54,187 nucleotides of DNA from the NCBI GenBank assembly GCA_004377005.1, contig SOIV01000051.1:1-54187 (forward strand), written 5' to 3'. The stretch comes from Candidatus Aminicenantes bacterium (GTDB lineage: Bacteria > Acidobacteriota > Aminicenantia > Aminicenantales > Aminicenantaceae). The position numbers were made by a program, and so were the translations under genes. Shown here in pieces: positions 45,539 to 54,187 of this stretch (position 1 is its first letter; each line of letters opens with the position of its first letter). Below the pieces are notes generated by a model. It made no database searches. It had not been told where the DNA came from and was given only the letters and a program-made list of their open reading frames with translations.

Positions 45539-47908
45539 CTACTGAGATGTCCGAATAAAAATTATCCGTCCATCTGAGGAGACTTCTACTGCTCCATGAA
45601 CATCGGTGCGGTAGACTTTAGCTCCTATCTTTTTGTATCTTTCTAAAATTTCTTGATCTGGAAAGCCGTACCTGTTGCCCTCGCCTAGGGAGATCACGAC
45701 GATTTCGGGAGATATCCTGTGGAGAAACGCTTCGGTGCTTGAAGATGGGCTTCCGTGGTGAGGAGATTTGAGCACCTGACTCTTGATTTGCCCGGAGCTT
45801 TCTAAAATCTTTTTTTCAGCATCAATTTCGATGTCGCCTGGGAGAAGAAATGAAATTTGATTGTAGGAGAGTCTGAGCACAAGAGATTGGTCATTGTTTA
45901 TAGTGTAAACATAAGGCTCTCCCTTTTCAGGATGGAGAACTTCGATTCTCACCTTTCTTTCATGATGGGAGTAGCCACGGAAAAGCCTTTTGCGAGAGAC
46001 AGATGAAGAGAGCGATCTTTTGAATTCCGTGTATGGATCACTTTCCAAGGGACTGAAAGTTTCCCAGTATTCACCTATTTTAAAATTTCTGGCAACTGCT
46101 ATTAAGCCGTTTAGATGATCGGGATGGGCATGGGTTAAAACCAGGTAATCAATTTTTTTGATTCCTTTCTCCCAAAGGAAAGGAGAAACTACATGTTCGC
46201 CTATATCAAAAGTTCCCTCTGGATGACCGCCTCCATCGATAAGCATTTTTTTGCGGCCGGGAAATTCAACCAATATAGACTCTCCCTGTCCGACGTCGAT
46301 AAAAGTGAGTTTAAGGTTTTTGGATAAGGAGGGAAAAGGATAGGATATCAGAACAGTAAAGAAGACAAGAAAAAGGACGATAAGGACCAATTTTTGTCTC
46401 CTTATTTTGGAAGGCAGGAGCAAAAGAAGCAAAAAAAGGAAATAGCCGATTATGGTGATGAGATGGGGTGTGGGTATTCGGTAGGACATGAAAGAGAACT
46501 TATCAAAGAGATGTGAACAACTGATGAGAAGGTTTATGAAAGACTCCATACCTTTGGCGAGAAGTTGGGCCAGGAAAGAGCTTACGAAGGAAAGGGGAAG
46601 GAATATATAACCGCCGGCCATGATCAGCCCTACCATAGGTAAGGCGGCATAGTTAAGGATAAGAGAGGAGAATGTCACCCTGTTGAAAGAGCTGGCAATA
46701 AAAGGAAGAACTCCGAGTTGGGCTGTAAGGGAGAGAACCAGGATATCGCTGATTCTAAAGGGAAGGCGGGGAAAGTATTTAATGATCCTGGGAAAAAAAA
46801 GAATGATGGAAAAGGTGGCAGCAAAAGTAAGCTGGAAACCTACATTAAACAGGCTAAAGGGATTGAAAACAAGAAGGATAAAGGCGCTGATGGAGATCGT
46901 GTTGATGAGGTTGACATTCCTCCAGATGAGTTTCCCCAAGAGAAATGCCACAGCCATTATTGTAGCCCTCATTACAGAAGGCCTGCCTTCCACCAAAATG
47001 GCATAAAAAACGAGAAAGAAAATCACGAACAGATAAGAGAGGCGTGTGGGCACTCTCGAAAGCTTCAAAAGAGAGAAAAGAAAGAAGGAAATAATTGCAA
47101 TATGAGCTCCAGAAATAGCAAAAAGATGATAAATTCCCGCTTTTTGGAGAGACCGGGTGATAGAAGAATCCATTCTTGATCTTTCACCTAAGAGGAGCGC
47201 TTCAAGAACAGCTCCCTGAGGAGAAAGTGCGTTTGTTTCAGAGGAGAAGTAATTTTCGATTTTTTGCTGCAGTTTTTGGCGAATAACAGATACTAGATGT
47301 AATGGAGAATACTTTTTTCCGGATTCTAATCTTTCTACAAGAAGCGCGCTTTTGGAAAAAGCCCTGTTGTGGATGTTCTGGCTTTTGAGATATGCATTCA
47401 AGGAAGATGCTTTAAAGTTTCTAAAGCCTCTAGAAGAAAGAAGACGGGCAGAAACCTTGATTTCATCATGGATAAAAAGGTTGAGAGAGGAGGAAGACTC
47501 TGAGGAATGGGGCACTGTGATCCTCAGATTCCCTCGGATTTTTTCCTCTTTATTCTCGTAAAAAACTTTTTTCACCTTTATAAAGAGAAAGTCCCTGTCA
47601 GGTCCACGAGAGGGAGATTTGTACAAAGTGCCGTAAAAATCGGCATAATTTGAGAGCTTTAGCCTCTGAAGGGAATTTTCTTCGAAATTTCTGTCGGAGA
47701 GAGAATAGAGACTTGCACCGAGAAGAAAAGTAGAGAGGAGAATTACAAGGAAAGAGTGTCTTTCTTTTCTGAAGATAAAGAAGAGCCAGGCACAAGCGAG
47801 AGATGCTATCAAGGATAAGATCCAAGTTAGCAAGGAGAAGGAGAGAAAAGAAGATAGTAAAATTCCTGATGCCAGCGATAAAGCCAGGAAGAGAAAGGGA
47901 AAAGGCAT
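45539..47908 (-). CDS. comEC: DNA internalization competence protein ComEC/Rec2
   Basis: ALLLGE, HLFAISGAH, GFQLTF and metallo-beta-lactamase domain (DVGQG, THAHPDH, PHHGS). Probable start MPFPFL at 47908. Confidence 0.92.
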   Translation of the reverse strand: MPFPFLFLALSLASGILLSSFLSFSLLTWILSLIASLACAWLFFIFRKERHSFLVILLSTFLLGASLYSLSDRNFEENSLQRLKLSNYADFYGTLYKSPSRGPDRDFLFIKVKKVFYENKEEKIRGNLRITVPHSSESSSSLNLFIHDEIKVSARLLSSRGFRNFKASSLNAYLKSQNIHNRAFSKSALLVERLESGKKYSPLHLVSVIRQKLQQKIENYFSSETNALSPQGAVLEALLLGERSRMDSSITRSLQKAGIYHLFAISGAHIAIISFFLFSLLKLSRVPTRLSYLFVIFFLVFYAILVEGRPSVMRATIMAVAFLLGKLIWRNVNLINTISISAFILLVFNPFSLFNVGFQLTFAATFSIILFFPRIIKYFPRLPFRISDILVLSLTAQLGVLPFIASSFNRVTFSSLILNYAALPMVGLIMAGGYIFLPLSFVSSFLAQLLAKGMESFINLLISCSHLFDKFSFMSYRIPTPHLITIIGYFLFLLLLLLPSKIRRQKLVLIVLFLVFFTVLISYPFPSLSKNLKLTFIDVGQGESILVEFPGRKKMLIDGGGHPEGTFDIGEHVVSPFLWEKGIKKIDYLVLTHAHPDHLNGLIAVARNFKIGEYWETFSPLESDPYTEFKRSLSSSVSRKRLFRGYSHHERKVRIEVLHPEKGEPYVYTINNDQSLVLRLSYNQISFLLPGDIEIDAEKKILESSGQIKSQVLKSPHHGSPSSSTEAFLHRISPEIVVISLGEGNRYGFPDQEILERYKKIGAKVYRTDVHGAVEVSSDGRIIFIRTSQ

Positions 47909-47922
47909 CGGTTTAACGAAGA

Positions 47923-49227
47923 TTAAGGAGGATATGTTGCATGCTGGCTCTGGCGTTCGAGACAATCCAAGAGAAGATGGCACATAATTTTGATACCCAG
48001 GGTAATGCTTCCTTCATCAGGATTAAAATAAGGATTATGAAGGGGAGCCATGGTTTCTTGTGCGGGATTTTTAGCACCCAAGAAAAAATAGAAGCCTGGA
48101 ATTTCCTGGCAGTAATACGAGAAATCCTCAGCTACCATCTGGGGAGCTAGCTCTTTGACGTGCTCTTCTCCCAGGACTTTCAAAAGAGTGGGGAGCATGA
48201 TTTTTGCCAATTCTGGATGGTTATATAGAGAGGGGGGGCCTTTTCTATAGCTAAAAGTGTAGTCTGCTCCGAACGAATGAGTGATTCCTTTTACTATATT
48301 TTCCATCAATTGTGGAATTTTTTTCCTGTTTCTATCACTCAGAGTCCTCACCGTCCCCTCAAGAATAACTTTTTCAGCAATAATATTAGATCTTGTTCCT
48401 CCACTGATCTTTCCGATAGTCAACACAGCAGGGTCAGTGGGATTGGTTGTGCGGCTGATAACAGATTGGAGACTCACCACTATATTAGAAGCCAGGGCAA
48501 TGGAATCGACTCCCTCGTGAGGCCGGGCTGCATGAGAGCTTTTTCCTTTGATGACGATTTGAAACCAGTCTGAGCTCGCCATCATATGACCAGGGATAAA
48601 GTATGCTTTTCCTAGATCTTCAGGCCAAACGTGAAGCCCGAAAATTGCTCCAACGGAAGGCTCTTGCAGAACGCCTTCTTTTATCATCAGACTCGCCCCG
48701 CCTTCCTCGCCGGGAGGGGGCCCCTCTTCGGCAGGTTGAAAAATAAATTTGATGTTGCCTTTGATTTTGTCTTTCAGCGCAGTCAGAACCATGGCTGTGC
48801 CCAGAGCTATGGAGGTATGGACATCGTGACCGCAAGCGTGCATGACTCCTGGATTTAGAGATTTAAAAGGAACATCCGTCAATTCCTGGATGGGTAAAGC
48901 ATCCATATCTGCTCTTATGCCCACTGTGGCTCCTTGCTGAGAGCCGCGGAGCAAAGCCACCACACCAGTTTTGGCGACTCCTTTTTTGACTTCCAGACCT
49001 AAGGATATGAGCTTAGCACCCACGAGTTTAGCCGTTTCATACTCACGATTGCTTAGTTCTGGGTTCATGTGCAAGAAGCGTCGTATTTTTATGATTTCAA
49101 GGTTATGTTTTTGGATTTCTTTTTCTATCCGAAGTGCTGTGGTTTTATCAACTGTGAGGCCCTTTAGGGGAAAAAGAAGCAGGGCAAACGAGAAGAATAA
49201 AATTTTATACCTGAGATTCCCTTGCAT
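47923..49227 (-). CDS. M20D amidohydrolase with N-terminal signal peptide
   Basis: Motifs HMNPELS, RADMDALP, MHACGHD, FQPAEE, EDF, LHNP. Confidence 0.9.
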   Translation of the reverse strand: MQGNLRYKILFFSFALLLFPLKGLTVDKTTALRIEKEIQKHNLEIIKIRRFLHMNPELSNREYETAKLVGAKLISLGLEVKKGVAKTGVVALLRGSQQGATVGIRADMDALPIQELTDVPFKSLNPGVMHACGHDVHTSIALGTAMVLTALKDKIKGNIKFIFQPAEEGPPPGEEGGASLMIKEGVLQEPSVGAIFGLHVWPEDLGKAYFIPGHMMASSDWFQIVIKGKSSHAARPHEGVDSIALASNIVVSLQSVISRTTNPTDPAVLTIGKISGGTRSNIIAEKVILEGTVRTLSDRNRKKIPQLMENIVKGITHSFGADYTFSYRKGPPSLYNHPELAKIMLPTLLKVLGEEHVKELAPQMVAEDFSYYCQEIPGFYFFLGAKNPAQETMAPLHNPYFNPDEGSITLGIKIMCHLLLDCLERQSQHATYPP

Positions 49228-49289
49228 GGATTTATCTTAGATTTGCTGCAGGATAAAGTCAAGAAATCATATGAGAAGGATGAGATGAC

Positions 49290-50897
49290 TCAGATGGCGA
49301 TTGTTTCCTTAAAAGTGCCGTAGGCCTCTTTGAGGACGGAAGATATTTCCCCGAGAGTGGCCATTGCTTTTACAGCATTCATTATATAAGGAAGAAGGTT
49401 CTTTTCAGCCTCAAGCGCCTCTCTTAATGCCTGCAGCCGGTTTTCCACCAGCTTTTTTGACCTTTTATCTTTTAAGAGATTGAGTTTTTTTATCTGAGCC
49501 TTTTCTAACTTTTTTGGAGGATAGTAGAGCCTAAAGTGAATTTTTTCTTCCTTATTTTTGTACTCGTTAAGACCAACGATAATCTGTTCTTTGCTTTCAA
49601 TTTGTTTTTGATATTTATAGGCACTTTCTTGAATTTCCTTCTGAATAAATCCTTTTTCAATAGCGGCGAGCATTCCTCCCCATTCTTCTATTTTCTGGAG
49701 ATATTCCATTACTTTTTCCTCAATCTGGTTAGTCAAGCTCTCGATAAAATAAGAGCATCCTAAAGGATCTACTGTATTAGCCACTCCACTTTCGTGGGCA
49801 ATGATTTGTTGTGTCCGGAGCGCTATCTGGACCGATTCCTCGCTGGGGAGAGCCAGGGCCTCGTCCCTGGAGTTTGTGTGAAGAGATTGTGTGCCTCCCA
49901 AGATTGCGGCTAGAGCTTGAAGGGTGATCCTGATGACGTTGTTTTCAGGCTGTTGGGCTAAAAGAGCCACTCCGCTTGTCTGGGTGTGGAACCTGAATTT
50001 CCAGGAGAGAGGATTTTTCGCCTTATATTTTTCTCTCATGAGCTTGGCCCATATTCGCCTTGCAGCGCGAAACTTGGCAATCTCTTCAAAGAAGTTATTA
50101 TGGGATGCCAGAAAAAAAGAAAGGCGAGGGGCGAAGGTGTCCACCTCAAGGCCTGCTTTTTGGGCAGCCTCGATATAGGTGATAGCATTAGCCAAGGTGA
50201 AAGCCAGTTCCTGAACAGCCGTAGCTCCCGCTTCTCTGATATGGTAGCCGCTGATGCTCATCGTGTTCCATTGAGGAACATTTTTTTGGCAGAAGGCAAG
50301 AATGTCTGTGATGATTTTAAGAGAAGCATGAGGAGGGTATATATAGGTTCCTCGCGCGATATATTCTTTGAGAATATCGTTTTGGATTGTCCCTGAGAGC
50401 TTGCTCCATTCCACTCCCTTTTTTTCAGCTAAGGCCAAGTACATGGCGAGAATAATGGCTGCTGTGGAGTTGATTGTCATGGAAACGCTGACTTTATCGA
50501 GGGGAATGTGGTTGAAAAGTATTTCCATATCATCGAGGGAGTCGATAGCCACTCCGACTTTGCCCACTTCCCCACTGGCCAGAGGATGATCCGAATCAAA
50601 ACCCAGCTGGGTTGGAAGATCAAAAGCCACGCTTAGTCCTGTCTGGCCTTGGGAGAGGAGAAAGCGGTATCTTCTGTTGGACTCTTCCGCTGTTCCAAAA
50701 CCAGCATACTGGCGCATAGTCCACAGCTTTCCCCTGTACATGGTTGGATAAATTCCCCGGGTAAAAGGATATTTACCGGGATCACCCAGATCCCGAGAGA
50801 AGTTGAAGTTCGTTAGATCTTTGGCGCTGTAGGTTTTTTTAATTTCAATCTGGGAGGGAGTTAAAAACTTATCTTTTCTTTCTTTATCTGAAGCCAT
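49290..50897 (-). CDS. Methylmalonyl-CoA mutase, large substrate-binding subunit (no B12-binding domain)
   Basis: [13 protein letters not shown] (Tyr favours MCM over isobutyryl-CoA mutase), [28 protein letters not shown]. Confidence 0.9.
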   Translation of the reverse strand: MASDKERKDKFLTPSQIEIKKTYSAKDLTNFNFSRDLGDPGKYPFTRGIYPTMYRGKLWTMRQYAGFGTAEESNRRYRFLLSQGQTGLSVAFDLPTQLGFDSDHPLASGEVGKVGVAIDSLDDMEILFNHIPLDKVSVSMTINSTAAIILAMYLALAEKKGVEWSKLSGTIQNDILKEYIARGTYIYPPHASLKIITDILAFCQKNVPQWNTMSISGYHIREAGATAVQELAFTLANAITYIEAAQKAGLEVDTFAPRLSFFLASHNNFFEEIAKFRAARRIWAKLMREKYKAKNPLSWKFRFHTQTSGVALLAQQPENNVIRITLQALAAILGGTQSLHTNSRDEALALPSEESVQIALRTQQIIAHESGVANTVDPLGCSYFIESLTNQIEEKVMEYLQKIEEWGGMLAAIEKGFIQKEIQESAYKYQKQIESKEQIIVGLNEYKNKEEKIHFRLYYPPKKLEKAQIKKLNLLKDKRSKKLVENRLQALREALEAEKNLLPYIMNAVKAMATLGEISSVLKEAYGTFKETIAI

Positions 50898-51000
50898 AAT
50901 CCGCTCAGACTTCTATATTAATCTTCTCTTCATAAAAGCATTGGCAAAAAGTTTTTTTCATGATTAAACATATGTTTTCAATACAGAATTCTGCTTCCAA

Positions 51001-52365
<1,365 letters not shown>

Positions 52366-52378
52366 TCAAGAAAAGAGA

Positions 52379-52705
52379 TTATTTTTTCCCTTCTGTCTCC
52401 TTAAAGAACTCTTCTTTCTTTTTCGAGATTTCTTCATGTTTCTTCTCAACAAACTCTTTTAAAGTATCGAGTCCTTCAGAGGTTTTTTCTTTTACAACCT
52501 TTATTCCCTTTTCAGCTTCTTTGGCGATTTTTTCATAACCTTCTTTAGCTTTCTCTCCTGTTTTAACAGCTGTTTCCCCGATTTTCTTCCTTGTTTCTGT
52601 TCCGCTTGCAGGAGCAAAAAGGACGCCCAGGATAAAGCCTGCAGCTGACCCGATAAGAAATGAGAAGGTGATTTCAAAGAAACTCGCACCTCTATCGTTT
52701 GACAT
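52379..52705 (-). CDS. YtxH-like protein
   Basis: Motif FLIGSAAGFILGVLFAPASGTETR. Confidence 0.85.
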   Translation of the reverse strand: MSNDRGASFFEITFSFLIGSAAGFILGVLFAPASGTETRKKIGETAVKTGEKAKEGYEKIAKEAEKGIKVVKEKTSEGLDTLKEFVEKKHEEISKKKEEFFKETEGKK

Positions 52706-53063
52706 TTTTACCTCCTTTTTTTTTCATGTGCCGCCAACCAAATCGAAGTAGGGGAAATATATAAGGCCAGTATTTGGAAGAGGGCTTGAAGACTCTTGCC
52801 GTTAAGAGCCAGGCGATATCAGATATTCTGGCAACAGTTGTTTTTGTGGCTTCGAGCACAGGGGTTAAATCATCTATTTTTGCGTTCACTTTTTTGTCTG
52901 TTTCCTTCAAGTTCTCGATTAGATCTCTTATTTCAACCAGAGTTTCTTCACCCTCTTTGGCTGTCTTTCGAAGCTGGACAATGAGAGCGACAAGGAAAGC
53001 GACAGATACAACAATGCAGATTGTTATCACTAGAAATAAAAACTGGTTTAAGGTTAACGACAT
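52692..53063 (-). CDS. DUF948/YoxC-like membrane protein
   Basis: N-terminal TM plus coiled coil, directly upstream of the YtxH-like gene. Confidence 0.65.
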   Translation of the reverse strand: MSLTLNQFLFLVITICIVVSVAFLVALIVQLRKTAKEGEETLVEIRDLIENLKETDKKVNAKIDDLTPVLEATKTTVARISDIAWLLTARVFKPSSKYWPYIFPLLRFGWRHMKKKGGKNVKR

Positions 53064-53188
53064 TGGCAGTTATTAATAGATAAAATAAAACCTATGCTTT
53101 GTCAAATGAAAAGAGTTGTGCTAAATACCTCATTTTCCGTGATAAAAAGCAAAATTGTTGATCAGACCTGGCCTTTCGAAAACACACA

Positions 53189-53229
53189 AAAAAAAGGTTA
53201 CAGTTCCCATCAAAAAAAGGTTACAGTTC
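53189..53229 (+). repeat. 18-bp direct repeat, two copies
   Basis: AAAAAAAGGTTACAGTTC at 53189 and 53212. Confidence 0.7.
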
Positions 53230-53261
53230 TTTAAGTAGAGGTTTGATTTATCAAACCCCTT

Positions 53262-53840
53262 CTATTTCCAAAGGACTTTATGAATGTCGTGAAGATTGTA
53301 TTTCTTTTCGATTTTTCCCAGAATTTGACTATAGCTTTCTTCTTTTTTAGATTCGAGCGTCTGTTCCCAATCTTTAAAAAGTGAAGAGGGGATAAACTCA
53401 TATTCTTTTTTTAGCAACCGGTTTATTCCTTTAAGAGCCTGCCAGTGTGTAATCGTTAAAAGAGCCAGGTAGCCAAAAAAAACGTTCGGTCCAGGGAGGA
53501 TAATAGCCAATCCGCTGATGGGGAGAAGCAGAGCTTCTCCGGTGAGCATGAAAATGTGCTTTGTTCTTTGTTTCTGGAGGAAGAAATAAAATTTGATTCT
53601 TATTCTTTTCTTATCCAGTCGGCCTGAGTGAAAAACCTGGATTTTCTTCTCCTCTAGTTTTAGGATTCTTCCGAAAGCCTGTTCTTGCCTGAGAACTCTT
53701 TGAGGCAAGAGCAGAAGCTTTTTTTTAGCCAATTCCCAGATTTCTTTCCAGCGAGAGGACTTGATTTTGATTTGACTGAAGGTTTCAGAAGAAAAATATC
53801 TGTATTTCCGCGAGTAGTCTCGAACGAAGAAGAATTTCAT
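53262..53840 (-). CDS. Hypothetical protein resembling the mitochondrial K+/H+ exchange-related (Mit_KHE1) family
   Basis: Motif LLLPISGLAIILPGPNVFFGY...THWQALKG. Confidence 0.5.
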   Translation of the reverse strand: MKFFFVRDYSRKYRYFSSETFSQIKIKSSRWKEIWELAKKKLLLLPQRVLRQEQAFGRILKLEEKKIQVFHSGRLDKKRIRIKFYFFLQKQRTKHIFMLTGEALLLPISGLAIILPGPNVFFGYLALLTITHWQALKGINRLLKKEYEFIPSSLFKDWEQTLESKKEESYSQILGKIEKKYNLHDIHKVLWK

Positions 53841-53930
53841 GAGCGTGCCTCATTTTAACATTTCTCTGGGATAATAGACAAGACTTGTACTCTATTGTAA
53901 GCATCTTTTTTTCCGTGATTGCAAGTAAAC

Positions 53931-54076
53931 GATCAGGCTGGGTGTTTCGAAAACACGCGGGATTTCCCCAGCGAGGAAATCCCGCTCGGATACAGGCTTC
54001 GCTCTCCTCTCCATTCTGGAGAGGAACCGTGCCCGCTCAGCCTTCCTCACGGTTTTCTCAATCACCCAGCCTGATC
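53931..54076. mobile_element. MITE-like element of ~146 bp
   Basis: TIRs GATCAGGCTGGGTG and CACCCAGCCTGATC (extend to ~25 bp). Internal hairpins CGGGATTTCC/GGAAATCCCG and CCTCTCCA/TGGAGAGG. Confidence 0.65.
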
Positions 54077-54132
54077 AATGCTCGTGGTTTTTCCGGCCCA
54101 TCTATTTCCCGGAAAAAAAGATGCTTCCTTCG

Positions 54133-54186
54133 CTATCTTCGCTGGCTGAGGAGATAGATGAAGAACGGAGCACCCACGACTGCAGT
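54133..54186 (-). CDS. 3' end of a FecCD/BtuC-family ABC permease (partial)
   Basis: The minus strand reads TAVVGAPFFIYLLSQRR*. Confidence 0.7.
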   Translation of the reverse strand, partial: TAVVGAPFFIYLLSQRR

Positions 54187-54187
54187 G

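Noticed and set aside
45539-47908. Functional link between ComEC/type IV pili and cassette capture
   Set aside because: Plausible, but only co-location within 30 kb supports it.
49290-50897. Isobutyryl-CoA mutase
   Set aside because: The RQY motif has Tyr rather than the Phe typical of ICM.
53885-54157. 90-aa ORF on +
   Set aside because: It spans the MITE and overlaps the permease tail antisense, so it is probably spurious.

Overview
Bacterial genomic window of about 40% GC. The gene content (zinc-ribbon Ser/Thr kinase, exported SnoaL-like proteins, VPS10 propeller, GspG-like pilins) suggests Acidobacteriota / Ca. Aminicenantes, which is inference only. The first ~20 kb is an accessory patchwork of one- or two-gene modules: DUF4382 lipoprotein, two SnoaL-like proteins, SAM methyltransferase, 4Fe-4S protein, kinase-cyclase-AAA-TPR protein, AbiEi/AbiEii toxin-antitoxin pair, HAD fusion, small membrane protein and galM-galK-SSS. 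Many module boundaries carry a conserved GGAAGCC...GGCTTCC hairpin repeat and/or XerC/XerD dif-like 28-bp sites, all in the same orientation (best site 1880-1907). Several sites run straight into apparent gene fragments. This looks like a chromosomal Xer/dif-based gene-capture or cassette array and is the main candidate for an undescribed system. From 20 to 29 kb lies a type IVa pilus locus (pilB-pilT-pilC-pilS-pilR and two pilins, the first with a sigma54 promoter). From 29 to 54 kb is mostly housekeeping: plsC, gmhA, a divergent PEPCK preceded by an unusual aminotransferase/PEPCK-like fusion, flotillin, UDP-glucuronate decarboxylase, rph, lpxL, lpxK, comEC, M20 amidohydrolase, methylmalonyl-CoA mutase and eno. 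Several MITE/REP-like elements are scattered through the window. No rRNA, tRNA or CRISPR array was seen.
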